A DNA stretch of 57,162 nucleotides from Rhodospirillales bacterium (GTDB lineage Bacteria > Pseudomonadota > Alphaproteobacteria > Rhodospirillales > 2-02-FULL-58-16): assembly GCA_036012725.1 (NCBI GenBank), contig DASCPW010000052.1, positions 1 through 57,162 of the forward strand, read 5' to 3'. Shown here piece after piece: positions 31,604 to 42,154 of the stretch. Made by a program: the position numbers and the translations under genes. Within the stretch, counting starts at the first letter, position 1; every line of letters starts with the position of its first letter. The notes beneath the pieces are model-generated. The model searched no databases. It was given only the letters and a program-made list of their open reading frames with translations, and was not told the origin of the DNA.

Positions 31604-32873
31604 TGAAGCCATCCTCGAACGCCTTACTCGGCTTCATCCCAAACTGATCGATCTCTCGCTTGGGCGCATCGAGACCCTGCTTGGGCGATTGGGCCATCCG
31701 CAAAAGCAGCTTCCCGCCGTCGTCCATGTCGCCGGGACCAACGGCAAGGGTTCGGTGATCGCTTTCCTGCGCGCCTTCCTGGAAGCGGCCGGCCACCGCG
31801 TCCATATCTATACCTCGCCACATCTAGTTTGCTTCAACGAGCGGATCAGGCTGGCCGGAGAACTGATCTCGGATATGGAATTGACAGCCATGTTGGAGGA
31901 ATGCGAGACGGCCAATGACGGCGACCCCATCACCTTTTTCGAGATCACCACGGCGGCGGCATTCCTGGCCTTTTCCCGCCACCCGGCCGATGTCTTGTTG
32001 CTGGAAACGGGCCTTGGCGGACGGCTGGACGCGACAAATCTGGTCGAACATCCGGCGCTGACGGTGCTCACCCCCATCTCGGTGGATCACCAGCAGTACC
32101 TGGGCGACAGCTTGGAGAAAATCGCCGCCGAGAAAGCGGGTATCCTGAAAGCCGGCGTCGCCTGCGTTGTCGCCAGCCAGCAACAAAAGGCGGAGAAAGT
32201 CATTGCCAGGCGGGCGGCGGAGCAAGACGCGCCTTTGATCCGGGAAGGCAAGGACTGGTTTGTCGGCGGGCGCGCCAGCGTGATTTTCTCAAGCGGTGGG
32301 AAGACGCGGCGTCTGCCGCCACCGGCGCTTGCCGGGGCACATCAAGTCCGCAATGCTGGGCTGGCCGTGGCCTGCCTAGACCAACTCGGGGACTTCGCCG
32401 TTGCCGAAACCGCCATCGCCCTTGGAATGAAAGCGGTACAATGGCCAGCCCGGCTGCAACGACTGGCCCGTGGACCGCTTGTCGATATTCTGCCCAAGGG
32501 CTGGGAGCTATGGCTGGATGGCGGCCACAACGCGGCCGCCGCCCGCGTCATTGCCCGGCAAGCGTGGCGCTGGCGGGAGCGGCCGTTGGGCCTGGTCTTC
32601 GGCATACTGCGAACCAAGGACCCGCTGGTATTTCTTCAGCCTCTGGCAGAGGAAATAAACGCCCTTCGCGCCGTCGCCATCACCGGCGAGGAAAACAGCC
32701 TGAGCGCCGAAGAGACAGCCGCCGCCGCGGCAAAACTCGATATCGACGCCGCCGCCGCGGAAGGGGTCGGCGCGGCCCTGCAAAATCTTGCCAATCATTT
32801 TCCCGGCCCCGCCCGGGTGCTGATCTGCGGGTCTTTGTACCTGGCCGGCGAAGTGCTGAGGGAGAATGGATAG
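31524..32873 (+). CDS. folC: bifunctional folylpolyglutamate synthase / dihydrofolate synthase
   Basis: Mur-ligase P-loop VAGTNGKGS and conserved ILERLTRLHPKLIDLSLGRI are present. The start is uncertain: the nearest in-frame ATG upstream of the conserved N-terminus is 31524, which overlaps accD by 80 nt. The 31233 start in the track is not credible. Confidence 0.85.
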   Translation: MSFPFPPPPRRPPPPIRRHPRTVQLSSEAILERLTRLHPKLIDLSLGRIETLLGRLGHPQKQLPAVVHVAGTNGKGSVIAFLRAFLEAAGHRVHIYTSPHLVCFNERIRLAGELISDMELTAMLEECETANDGDPITFFEITTAAAFLAFSRHPADVLLLETGLGGRLDATNLVEHPALTVLTPISVDHQQYLGDSLEKIAAEKAGILKAGVACVVASQQQKAEKVIARRAAEQDAPLIREGKDWFVGGRASVIFSSGGKTRRLPPPALAGAHQVRNAGLAVACLDQLGDFAVAETAIALGMKAVQWPARLQRLARGPLVDILPKGWELWLDGGHNAAAARVIARQAWRWRERPLGLVFGILRTKDPLVFLQPLAEEINALRAVAITGEENSLSAEETAAAAAKLDIDAAAAEGVGAALQNLANHFPGPARVLICGSLYLAGEVLRENG

Positions 32874-32966
32874 AGCGCTTTGAAACCGACGGTTTTTCGC
32901 ATGAAATGAAAAACCCGCCGGGTGGTGGAGGTTTGTTTTCCGGGAGCGGGGATTGCAAACCCCGGA

Positions 32967-33284
32967 TCAGATCACCGATTCAATCCATTCGGCCATCTTG
33001 TTTTTAGGCAAGGCGCCGATCTTAGTAGCAGCGACCTCGCCATCCTTGAACAGCATCAGGGTCGGGATCCCGCGAACGCCGTACTTGGACGGAGTCATCG
33101 GGTTTTCGTCAATGTTGATCTTGGCAACGATGACCTTGTCACCCAACTCCGAGGCCAACTCCTCGAGTACGGGAGCGATTTGTTTGCAGGGTCCGCACCA
33201 CTCCGCCCAGAAATCAACGATGACGGGCGTCACGGACTTAAGAACCTCGAAATCAAAGGTATCGTCGGAAACCTGTTTCGGCAT
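32967..33284 (-). CDS. trxA: thioredoxin
   Basis: 105-aa ORF with the WCGPC active site. Confidence 0.97.
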   Translation of the reverse strand: MPKQVSDDTFDFEVLKSVTPVIVDFWAEWCGPCKQIAPVLEELASELGDKVIVAKINIDENPMTPSKYGVRGIPTLMLFKDGEVAATKIGALPKNKMAEWIESVI

Positions 33285-33385
33285 TAACTCATTCCCCTCA
33301 ATAGGTTAGCTTAAAATATATGGAATTTTATGACTGGATATCCCCCCAAACCCGAAGCTGAATTTAGGCAGGCGCCGACCTTGCG

Positions 33386-36300
33386 TCAAGGCGCATACTG
33401 GTCCAAAAGGGGCTCGGGCAGGGCCATCAGGTCGGCCTTTACGGTCCACAGCAGGAAGCACCGCACCGGGCGGACCGGATAAATACGCCGAAGCGCCGCC
33501 CGGTAGGTGGCCATCTGCGTAAGATAGATGGCCGGAACCTCTTCAACGGCGGCGGGCGGCAATCGGTTGGTTTTGTAGTCGATGATGCTGACCGCCCTCT
33601 TGGTGATCAGCAAACGATCCATCCTGGCCGAGATAATGGTGCCCGAGACATCGCCGACCAAAGACACCTCCGCCTGGCTGCCCGGTCCGAAAAGGGCGGC
33701 GAAATCGGCATGCCCCAGGATAGCCATGACCTCGGCGGCGATTTCCGCCTGCTCCTCCGGCGAAAGATCGTGGACGGGGCGGGCTAGGTAGGTCCGCGCC
33801 GCCTCGAGGCGGGAATCACCGGACACATCCGGCAAGCATTGCAACAACCGATGGGTGAGACACCCACGTTTGAACCCGGCCCCACCGTCTTCCGAAAGGG
33901 GGGAGATCACGGACGGTTCTTCTTTTGCCGGCGCTGACGGGGTCAAGGGCCGCGACGGTTTGGCTTCTGGCGGCGCCGGTTGCCGCGCCCAGGCAGGCAA
34001 CAGGCTTGCCTGGGCCGTCGTTTCCGCCATCGGCGAGCTTTGGTCCGGCGGCGCCGTTTGCGCGCCCCTCAGGCGCCAGCCGGTTGCGCCGTTATTCGAC
34101 GGCAAGATTTCGGCACCGTTGGCATCAGCGATGGCGGCTTCAAGCAAATCGTACCAGCAACCCGGACCACGGTTTCGCCGGCCATCCCAACCACAGATGT
34201 AAAGGCGGTCCTTGGCCCGGGTCATGGCGACGTAAAGCAGGCGGTGGTATTCCCTGACGATGCGCCGCCGGGCTTCCTCGCGAAGGTGTCTGCATTGAGT
34301 TTCCTCATTTTCCTTGCGCGCCGGCCACAACAAGTAAGATTCTGTCCCTTTTCCCCACAATAATCGGGGGTTGAGCCTGGAATCGGGTATGCTACGGGTG
34401 TCGGGCAAGAAAACGATATTTGACTGCAAACCCTTGGCACCATGGACGGTCATCACCCGCACTTCGCCCAGCCCGTGCTCGAGGTCCCGTTTGATTACGG
34501 TCTCGCCGGCGGCGAGCCAGTGCAAGAACCCCTGCAATGAAGCGACGTGTTGGCGTTCGAAGTCGAGAGCCAGGGTGAGGAACTCGTCAATGGGGTCTTC
34601 GGCCTCTGGTCCCAACCGCGCCAAAAGCTGTTGGCGGCCACCGCCACGGCCCAACAGGTCGGAGAAAAATTCGAAAGGCGGGGTGAAATCAGCCATCTCC
34701 AGCAATGCCGCCAGTTTCACGTAAACGTTTTTGTAAAGGGGGCGGTCGCCGTGATTTTTTTTCAATTCCGTCCATAGGCTTCCGTCACGGCCGTATGCGA
34801 GGTCGAACAAGGCCTCGTCGTCGAAACCAAAAAAAGGGCTTTTCAGGACGACGGCCAGGTTCAAATCGTCTTCCGGCAGCAACGCGAACTGGCCAAGCGC
34901 CACCAGGTCCATCACCGCCAACTGCCCGCTCAGGATCATGCGGTCGCTGCCGGCGACGGGAATGCGGCGTTGCTTGAGGCAACTGACCATTTCCTCGGCG
35001 AACCGGCCACGGGTGCGGACCAAGATCATGATGTCGCCCGGACGTATCGGCCGCCCCGCCGATTCCAGAATCTCTTCTTCTTGCAGCCATCTCTCGATAC
35101 GCCTGGCGATGCGGTTGGCCAGCCGGGCCGGCGGGCTGGCGGCGGGGATTTGGTCGAGGGGCGCGTCCCACGGATCGGCGGTGCGGGTTTCTTCGGGCTT
35201 GAGCACTGGCCACATCTCGACCAGGCCGGCCTGGCCGTCCCGCGATGAAAGATGGTGGACCGGCGCCTCGCCGGAGGACAGGCCGTCGCCGGCCGCCGCC
35301 GTTTCGAATACTCGATCGACAAAACCAAGCACCGTCCAAGTGGAACGGTAGGAAAGCGTCAGGTCGACCGGCCGCCATTTGCCGCCCGCATTCCCGACCC
35401 GATCGGCAAAATGGGCGCGCATACGGTCGAATTCGTCCGGATCGGCGCCCTGAAAGCTGAAAATGGATTGCTTTTCGTCGCCAACAGCAAAGACCGTGCG
35501 GGGGCCTTCCCTGCTTCCCTCACCGGCAAAGAACTCCTCGGCGATGGCGGTAATGACCTGCCATTGTTCAGGGCTGGTATCCTGGGCTTCGTCGACGAGA
35601 ATGTGGTCGATGCCGCCGTCAAGCTTGTAATGCACCCAGGAGGCGCCGCCGTCTGTGACAAGGAGGTCCCGGGCCTTGGCGATCAGATCGTCATAATCAA
35701 GAAGGGCGCGGTTTTCCTTCATGGTTTCATATGAACCAAGAAGGGCGGCGCCCAGATGCAGCAAGGCCTTGGTCGCCCCGGCGACCTCCAGCGCCTTCAG
35801 CCTGTCCTTGACCGCCAGCACCCGCGCCTGTTCGTCAAGAAGGATGCCAAGCGCTTGCTGATCGGCGGCCTTGGCGGCTTTGGTGATCAGGTTTTTCTCG
35901 GCGCACGGACCGCCATCCGTTTTTTTGATAAAAATCAGGGCGTAATCCTCGAGGAACCCGGCAGCCCGCTCCACCACTCCGCCATCGAGCCAGGCGCGGA
36001 TGGCGGCGGCCCGCTCCTGGTCTTTTGCCGTTCCGTGATCAAGCGCCGCCGAGGCGCGGCGAAGGTCCTTGTCATGACCGGCCATCGCTGCGGCGTCAAG
36101 GACCGTTTCCCTATTATCGTCAGGGTCCAGGCCGAGGGCGTCGCGCGCCGCCCCAACCAGCCCGGCGCGGCCGCCGTGCTGGCGCAAAAGACCACACAGG
36201 CGGCCCCGGTTGGCGTCCAGTTCACACATCAGATCGGCGAACCCGTTTTCATCCACCTGCCCGGCCAAATGCTCCAACGCGGCACCGAGGCCATGGCTGT

Positions 36301-36817
36301 CGCCGCCGAAAGACCGGTCCAGAACCCGATCCCTCGCCTCAATACGAAGTTCCGCCGCCGTGCGCTCATCGATAACCGAGAAATGCGGCGCAACGCCGGC
36401 TTCCAGGGGGAAACGGGCAAGCAGGGATTCGCAAAACGAGTGGATGGTGCGGATACTGAGACCGCCGGGCGTTTCCAGGGTTTCGGCAAATAGCCGCCGA
36501 GCCTTGGCGAGGGTTTCGCCATCAGGATGGCGGTCCAGGAGCCGGCGCAACGTTTCGGCAAGTTCATCCTCAGTCATTACCGCCCAATCAGCCAACTGGC
36601 TGCTCAAGCGGTTGGCCATCTCCGCCGCCGCCGCCTTAGTGAAGGTCAGGCAAAGAATTCGTTCCGCCTTCGTGCCCGCCAACAATAGTCGTGAAATACG
36701 GTCGATGAGCACGCGGGTCTTGCCGGTTCCGGCGTTGGCCGAAACCCATGCCGAATGCGCCGGGTCGGCAGCGGTCATCTGCCCATGCGGGGTCTGTTGG
36801 CTTGGCACGCTGTTCAT
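33386..36817 (-). CDS. addA: double-strand break repair helicase AddA
   Basis: UvrD-like Walker A ANAGTGKTRVL, helicase motifs and a C-terminal PD-(D/E)xK nuclease (IIDYKTN). The ATG at 36817 overlaps the addB stop as ATGA; the track ORF starts at 36844. Confidence 0.93.
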   Translation of the reverse strand: MNSVPSQQTPHGQMTAADPAHSAWVSANAGTGKTRVLIDRISRLLLAGTKAERILCLTFTKAAAAEMANRLSSQLADWAVMTEDELAETLRRLLDRHPDGETLAKARRLFAETLETPGGLSIRTIHSFCESLLARFPLEAGVAPHFSVIDERTAAELRIEARDRVLDRSFGGDSHGLGAALEHLAGQVDENGFADLMCELDANRGRLCGLLRQHGGRAGLVGAARDALGLDPDDNRETVLDAAAMAGHDKDLRRASAALDHGTAKDQERAAAIRAWLDGGVVERAAGFLEDYALIFIKKTDGGPCAEKNLITKAAKAADQQALGILLDEQARVLAVKDRLKALEVAGATKALLHLGAALLGSYETMKENRALLDYDDLIAKARDLLVTDGGASWVHYKLDGGIDHILVDEAQDTSPEQWQVITAIAEEFFAGEGSREGPRTVFAVGDEKQSIFSFQGADPDEFDRMRAHFADRVGNAGGKWRPVDLTLSYRSTWTVLGFVDRVFETAAAGDGLSSGEAPVHHLSSRDGQAGLVEMWPVLKPEETRTADPWDAPLDQIPAASPPARLANRIARRIERWLQEEEILESAGRPIRPGDIMILVRTRGRFAEEMVSCLKQRRIPVAGSDRMILSGQLAVMDLVALGQFALLPEDDLNLAVVLKSPFFGFDDEALFDLAYGRDGSLWTELKKNHGDRPLYKNVYVKLAALLEMADFTPPFEFFSDLLGRGGGRQQLLARLGPEAEDPIDEFLTLALDFERQHVASLQGFLHWLAAGETVIKRDLEHGLGEVRVMTVHGAKGLQSNIVFLPDTRSIPDSRLNPRLLWGKGTESYLLWPARKENEETQCRHLREEARRRIVREYHRLLYVAMTRAKDRLYICGWDGRRNRGPGCWYDLLEAAIADANGAEILPSNNGATGWRLRGAQTAPPDQSSPMAETTAQASLLPAWARQPAPPEAKPSRPLTPSAPAKEEPSVISPLSEDGGAGFKRGCLTHRLLQCLPDVSGDSRLEAARTYLARPVHDLSPEEQAEIAAEVMAILGHADFAALFGPGSQAEVSLVGDVSGTIISARMDRLLITKRAVSIIDYKTNRLPPAAVEEVPAIYLTQMATYRAALRRIYPVRPVRCFLLWTVKADLMALPEPLLDQYAP

Positions 36818-39777
36818 TCCCCTTCTCCGCTTGCCGCCGTCCATTCCTTGACCCGGGCGAGGTGGTCGTAATCGCCATACTGGCTTTCGAACATGGGAAC
36901 CGGCCGCGACCGGTAAGGCATCTCAGGATCGTCGAAGGCGGCAATACGTTTGCGCAGTCCCCTGATGGCCTTTTCGGTGGCCTCGGCGACATCCAGTCCG
37001 AGGATCTTTACCTGACCCGCCGGCTGGCCGCCCGACAGGCGCAGATAGATGAGCTGGTTGATTTTTTCACCATCAACGCCCTCGAAACCACCATCTCTGG
37101 CTATCGCCGCCTCCAGGGGCAATTGCGGCGCCAAGCCGCATTCCACCTGCGGCGCCGTTGGCGTTTGTCCGGTTTTATAGTCGATGATCGCCAGACCGCC
37201 GCCGCTTAGACGGTCGATGCGGTCGGCACGGGCGGTGAGAGTGAAGTCTCCCGCCGGCCCGGCCAGCGTGAGCCGGCCCTTGACCTCGGTGGCGGCGGTC
37301 ATTTGTCTGGCAGCCCGCCGGCCGCGCTCGAAGTCGATGAACCAACGGGCGATGCGCTGAAACTTGGGCCACCAGAAAGCGCGCACGCCGGGGCGGTCCA
37401 GATGTTCCTCGAAGACCTTGCGGCCGATGGCGATCATCTCGCCCAAGGGGTCGGCGGGAAGCTCTCCGGGATGGGCGGCGATGAAACGCTCCAAGACCTT
37501 GTGAATAACGCTGCCCCTTTCGGCGGCGCCGGGGTCGGCGTCGAGGGGATCAAGCGGCCTGAGACCGAGGATATGTTCAGCATAGATGGCGTAGGGATCG
37601 CGGATCCAGGTTTCGACACGGCTGACGGACAGTTGACGGGGACGGGCGGCGACCGGCGGCTTCGGGGCCGGCGGCGGGACCGCGCCCTGTTCTTCGGAGG
37701 CATCCAGCATAGACACCCAATGCAGCCATTCAAGGTCCGGCTTGAGGGCGTTTCCCAAGCTTAAACCGCGGAACAATGTTTGCAGCCTGAGCAACCAGCG
37801 CGACGGCACTGTCGGCGTGCCCTCGACGCGGATTGCCCGGGTCAGCACCACATTCGGGGCGCAAAAGGCTTGGACGAAATCATGGGCGGCGAGGCCGACG
37901 CGCCGTTCCGGCGACGCCAAGCCGAAGGTCTTCAGCATGGGCCGGCTCATCCACGGATTGGCCATCGCCTCGGGCGGCCAAGTGCCCTCGTTGAGGCCGC
38001 CCAAAATGAGGGTATCGGCTTGTTGCAGGCGCGCTTCCAGTAGTCCCCAGATATGCAGCCGGGGATGGCGGCCGTAACGGGGCCTGACGACCCGCCCGGC
38101 CATCAGCGTCTCGAACAGGGCCGGGTACTGGCCACCCTCGATGCGTGCAAGAACGCCGCCGACTTCGTTCAATTCGGCGACGAAGGTGGCGGCGGCTTCA
38201 CCGGCTTCTCCGGCCCAAAGCCGCTCGCCGCCGTCGGTTTCGTCCGAAGCCGCCATTGCCTCGGCCATTTCCACATGCAGCCGCAAGAGATCGGTGAAGG
38301 GGACGTTTTTTCGCTTCATTGCTTTTGCCAGGGGGGTCGCGACGGCATCAAGAGTTTTGAGAAAATCATCCAGCTTCTTGCGCTCTTTGGATCTTAACGC
38401 GGAGCCAAGCCCTTTGATTCCCGCCGCTGGACGCGGCCCGCGCAAGACGGCGATTTCCAGGCTGCGAACCTGGGCGCGGAAAAAGGCGGGGCTTCGGCCG
38501 GCCGCCGCCAGGGGGTGCTTGCAAGCGCCAAGCAGGGCCATCGGCGCTAGGTTTTCGGCCGCCATGCGGGCGGTAAGCCGGAGGAAAGCTCCCGGCGGCG
38601 TCTGCGCCAGGGGACAACCGGCGGAATCATCGACCTCCACCCGCCAGCGCCTGAGTTCGGCCGCGACTCGCCGGGCCAGGCCCCGGTCCGCTGTCACCAA
38701 GGCGGCGGTCCGGGTCTCCTCTTCGAGGGCCCGGCGCATGATCAAGGCAATGACCGCGGCCTCTTCCCGTGGGCCGGGGCAATCGATATGGGTGACGCCG
38801 GCCAAGGCGTTTTCGTCCAAGCGCTCCGTCGGCTGCCCGCAAATGGCGGCGGGTTCCATGGCGCCGGAAATCAACGCTTGGCGCGCCGTTGTCGCCGCGC
38901 CGGTGACGGCGGCCGGCCATTCCTTCACTTGCCCGGGAGAGACGCCGAGATGCCGCAACAATTTGGCCAGGCCGTACTGGGGATGGGACGGCTCCAGGAC
39001 CTCCCAGGCATCCGGCGAGGCCCGCCGATCGAGACCGGGCAGAACCACGCACCCCTTTGGCATCTGGGCGACGACTTTCAAGAGGTCAGCGGTGGCGGGA
39101 ATGGAACCGGTGGAGCCGGCGGCGATGACGGGACCGGCGGGTGGCTGCTTTGCCCAGGCTGCCGCCTGCCACCGGAAAAGCAAATCGCGGCGGGTCGCCG
39201 GGTCGACGGAACCCTCCCGCTCCAGGATGGCGGGCCAGCTTTCGGTGACAACCTTGAGAAAATCCAATGTCACTTGCCAGTGAACAGCGAAGTTATCGGA
39301 AACCAGGCTCTTGAGCCCGTCGAAGCCGAGGCGCTCGGTATGGACCTGGTCGAGAAGCCGCGCCAGTTCACCGGCCAGCCGCGCCGCCTGATCCGGTGTC
39401 GTTTGCCCTTCATCCTTGGCCAGAATGAGCCTGGTCAATAGCAGTAGCCGTTTGAGCCCTGAAACGGCTGGCTTTGCTTCGATGCCGGCGGCGCTCATTT
39501 CCGTTTCCCGCCAGCTTGCAAAAGCCAATTCCTCTTCGTCGATATCACCCAGCGGCGTCAGCTTCGGCAAAAGCAGCGGCCGACCACCGGAAAGACGCAG
39601 GAAAGCCTCGCCAAGGGCACGACAGGCGCGCCGGGTCGGCAACAGAACCGTCACGGCGGCCAGGGCGACCGCCTCGTCATCGGTTTTGGCCAAAATTCCC
39701 GTCGCCAGGACGTCAACAAAGGGAATCCCGGCGCCAATATTGTAAACTTCAGGCAAAGTCTTATTCCTGTCGTTCAT
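36814..39777 (-). CDS. addB: double-strand break repair protein AddB
   Basis: About 990 aa with a C-terminal nuclease motif (LAIIDYKTGQ). Alphaproteobacterial AddB pattern and position upstream of addA. The ATG at 39777 overlaps the murU stop as ATGA; the track ORF starts at 39858. Confidence 0.9.
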   Translation of the reverse strand: MNDRNKTLPEVYNIGAGIPFVDVLATGILAKTDDEAVALAAVTVLLPTRRACRALGEAFLRLSGGRPLLLPKLTPLGDIDEEELAFASWRETEMSAAGIEAKPAVSGLKRLLLLTRLILAKDEGQTTPDQAARLAGELARLLDQVHTERLGFDGLKSLVSDNFAVHWQVTLDFLKVVTESWPAILEREGSVDPATRRDLLFRWQAAAWAKQPPAGPVIAAGSTGSIPATADLLKVVAQMPKGCVVLPGLDRRASPDAWEVLEPSHPQYGLAKLLRHLGVSPGQVKEWPAAVTGAATTARQALISGAMEPAAICGQPTERLDENALAGVTHIDCPGPREEAAVIALIMRRALEEETRTAALVTADRGLARRVAAELRRWRVEVDDSAGCPLAQTPPGAFLRLTARMAAENLAPMALLGACKHPLAAAGRSPAFFRAQVRSLEIAVLRGPRPAAGIKGLGSALRSKERKKLDDFLKTLDAVATPLAKAMKRKNVPFTDLLRLHVEMAEAMAASDETDGGERLWAGEAGEAAATFVAELNEVGGVLARIEGGQYPALFETLMAGRVVRPRYGRHPRLHIWGLLEARLQQADTLILGGLNEGTWPPEAMANPWMSRPMLKTFGLASPERRVGLAAHDFVQAFCAPNVVLTRAIRVEGTPTVPSRWLLRLQTLFRGLSLGNALKPDLEWLHWVSMLDASEEQGAVPPPAPKPPVAARPRQLSVSRVETWIRDPYAIYAEHILGLRPLDPLDADPGAAERGSVIHKVLERFIAAHPGELPADPLGEMIAIGRKVFEEHLDRPGVRAFWWPKFQRIARWFIDFERGRRAARQMTAATEVKGRLTLAGPAGDFTLTARADRIDRLSGGGLAIIDYKTGQTPTAPQVECGLAPQLPLEAAIARDGGFEGVDGEKINQLIYLRLSGGQPAGQVKILGLDVAEATEKAIRGLRKRIAAFDDPEMPYRSRPVPMFESQYGDYDHLARVKEWTAASGEGE

Positions 39778-40556
39778 CGACGCCTGTTTCCAGCGTAGCG
39801 GACGCGGATGTAGGATTCGGCTTCGGCGAGACCTTCCGGGGTGCCGATATTGAACCATTCCCCATCATGGACGATGCCGTGGAGCCTTGCCGTCTCGATG
39901 GCCCGATCATAAAGCAGGTTGAGGGAAAAGCCGCCCTCCGGCGCCCCGTCAAAGAGCCGTGGATGAAGGATTTGCAGACCGGTAAAAAGATAAGGCGAAA
40001 CCTCGGATTCTCGGCGGCGGGTAAGTAACCCCGTCGGATCGGCGCAGAAATCCCCCCGGCCTTGATAGCCGTATGCGTCGACCGTCGAATGGAGCAGCAG
40101 CAAGGCATCCATGCGCCTGGGGTCCCAGCCGGCGGCCATGCGGGCGAGCGCGCTTTGCGTACCGTTCAGCCACAAGATGTCGGAGTTGACGGCGTAGAAC
40201 GGCTCGGCGCCCAAGAGAGGCAGAGCCTTGGTTATGCCGCCGCCCGTTTCGAGAAGCTCGTCCTCGGATGAAAACAGCAACTCCGGCCGATGGCTTTTCC
40301 CTGAGCGCCGCCGGCGCCTTCCCAAATGCTGCTCGATCAGATGGCCCAGGTGATGGAGGTTGAAGACAACCCTTTCCACGCCGGCTTCCTGCAACCGGTC
40401 AAGGGTCCAGTCGAGCAAGGCCTTTTCTCTCACCGTGACCAGCGCTTTCGGCAGGCGGTGGGTGATTGGGCGCATGCGCTTGCCGAGTCCGGCGGCCAGC
40501 ACCATCGCCCGAGACGGGGCGTCAATACGCATCTTTGGCTTTTTTTTTCTTGTCAT
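39774..40556 (-). CDS. murU: nucleotidyltransferase family protein (MurU-like N-acetylmuramate-1-phosphate uridylyltransferase)
   Basis: Contains the sugar-nucleotidyltransferase motif VLAAGLGKRMRPIT. The ATG at 40556 overlaps the amgK stop as ATGA; an alternative start is at 40532. An A9 run lies between the two candidate starts. Confidence 0.8.
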   Translation of the reverse strand: MTRKKKPKMRIDAPSRAMVLAAGLGKRMRPITHRLPKALVTVREKALLDWTLDRLQEAGVERVVFNLHHLGHLIEQHLGRRRRRSGKSHRPELLFSSEDELLETGGGITKALPLLGAEPFYAVNSDILWLNGTQSALARMAAGWDPRRMDALLLLHSTVDAYGYQGRGDFCADPTGLLTRRRESEVSPYLFTGLQILHPRLFDGAPEGGFSLNLLYDRAIETARLHGIVHDGEWFNIGTPEGLAEAESYIRVRYAGNRRR

Positions 40557-41560
40557 TGGAGCCTTTTTTCGCGGCTGGGGACTGTTATCTCCTCGGGTAC
40601 ATGCTTTTCGAACCAAGCGGCAACGGCGGCGAGGGACGGGTGCCTGAGGGAGCGCGTCAACAGCCGCCACACCCTGGGAATATGAACAAGATAGGCAGAC
40701 TTGCCGTCGCGGACCGCCAGACGAGTGAAAACACCGATCACTTTCGCATGTCTCTGGGCACCAAGAATGGCGTAAGCGGTCTCGAAGGCTTCCCGGTCCC
40801 GGTCGGGGAAAGCGCCATGGTAGCGGTCCAGCATCGCCCTCGCCAACCTATCATCGATGTCCCGGCGGGCGTCCTCCAGGAGAGACATCAGATCGTAGGC
40901 GGCCGCACCCGCCACCGCGTCCTGAAAATCTAAAAGACCGCAGGCCTTGATGCCGGGCCTATCGGGCAACCAGATTAAATTATCGACATGAAAATCTCTC
41001 AGCACCAGGGTCCGGGGCTGGGCCTGGACAAGGGGGAAAAGGCCAAGCCAAGCATCAATGTAGCTTTGCCGGACAGGCCCGGGCGTCGCCGTCCCTGTCG
41101 CTCGCGGCAGATACCAGTCGGTAAGCCAAGTGGCCTCGCGAATAAGCATTTCGTCGTCGTAGACGGGGAGGCCGGACGGTACCGTCTCCGGCCGGCCGTG
41201 CAGGCCGATCAGCAAGTCGACGGCAAGCACGTAAAGGGGTTCCTCGTCGGCGCCGGCGGCGAGCAAAGAGGTATAGGTATCGTCGCCCAGGTCTTCGAGC
41301 AGCAGCAGACCGGCCGTTTCATCCAAGGCCAGGATGCGCGGCGCGCTCAATCCCAGCTTTAGCAAATGACGGGCCACGACGATAAAGGGGCGGACGTCCT
41401 CGTGCGGCGGCGGCGCGTCCATCAACACCGCCCGCCGACGGCCATCGCGCATACGAAAATAACGGCGAAACGAAGCGTCGGCCGCCAAAGTCGAACGTTC
41501 CCCCTCGCCCCAGCCGGCGTGCTTAAGGAATGTGTCGATCAATGCGGAGCGATCAGACAT
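40553..41560 (-). CDS. amgK: aminoglycoside-phosphotransferase-fold kinase (AmgK-like anomeric MurNAc/GlcNAc kinase)
   Basis: 335-aa ORF with the APH catalytic loop LRDFHVDNLIW and LLDFQDA. It sits in the conserved position between tsaE and murU. Confidence 0.8.
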   Translation of the reverse strand: MSDRSALIDTFLKHAGWGEGERSTLAADASFRRYFRMRDGRRRAVLMDAPPPHEDVRPFIVVARHLLKLGLSAPRILALDETAGLLLLEDLGDDTYTSLLAAGADEEPLYVLAVDLLIGLHGRPETVPSGLPVYDDEMLIREATWLTDWYLPRATGTATPGPVRQSYIDAWLGLFPLVQAQPRTLVLRDFHVDNLIWLPDRPGIKACGLLDFQDAVAGAAAYDLMSLLEDARRDIDDRLARAMLDRYHGAFPDRDREAFETAYAILGAQRHAKVIGVFTRLAVRDGKSAYLVHIPRVWRLLTRSLRHPSLAAVAAWFEKHVPEEITVPSREKRLQ

Positions 41561-42059
41561 CGATGTCCGCTTCTTTCAGCCGCCCCGCCCAGTTGCCATG
41601 GCCGGTGAGCGTGGCCCGGCGGCTGTTGGCGTCGCCGCCGTGCGCCAGTGACAGCCACAAATGGTCGCGGGGCAGGAGCCGGCCCAGCCGGTCCGGCCAT
41701 TCGATCAGTGAAATGCCGCCCGCGAAGGCCTCCTCGATTCCCAACTCGAAAACCTCGTCCGGACCGGCCAAGCGGAACAGGTCGAAGTGATAAACGGTGA
41801 CCCTGCCCAGATCATAGGCCTGGACCAAAGTAAACGTCGGGCTGGGGATTTCCTCGGGGTTGGGCGCCAGTTCGTTGATGAAAGCGCGGGCGAAGACGCT
41901 CTTGCCGGCGCCGAGCTCGCCGGCGAGCGCGAAAATATCACCGGCCCGCGCCAGCCTGGCCAAGACCCCGGCAAGGGCAGCCGTCGCCGCCTCCGAGGCC
42001 AAGTCGATGACGGTGGAATGGTCCATTGATTTGGCCTCGTGCATGTCTCGTCTTTCCAT
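41553..42059 (-). CDS. tsaE: tRNA t6A37 biosynthesis ATPase TsaE
   Basis: P-loop GELGAGKSVFARAFI and PTFTLVQ motif. The start may be the internal ATG at 42026. Confidence 0.88.
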   Translation of the reverse strand: MERRDMHEAKSMDHSTVIDLASEAATAALAGVLARLARAGDIFALAGELGAGKSVFARAFINELAPNPEEIPSPTFTLVQAYDLGRVTVYHFDLFRLAGPDEVFELGIEEAFAGGISLIEWPDRLGRLLPRDHLWLSLAHGGDANSRRATLTGHGNWAGRLKEADIDV

Positions 42060-42154
42060 CGGCTCGCAAACAGGCCAAAATGTGGGAACGCATAACAGTC
42101 GTTCGCCATGCTAAATTCCATGCGAATAATAACCCCGCGGGTCCACGAGTTTCC

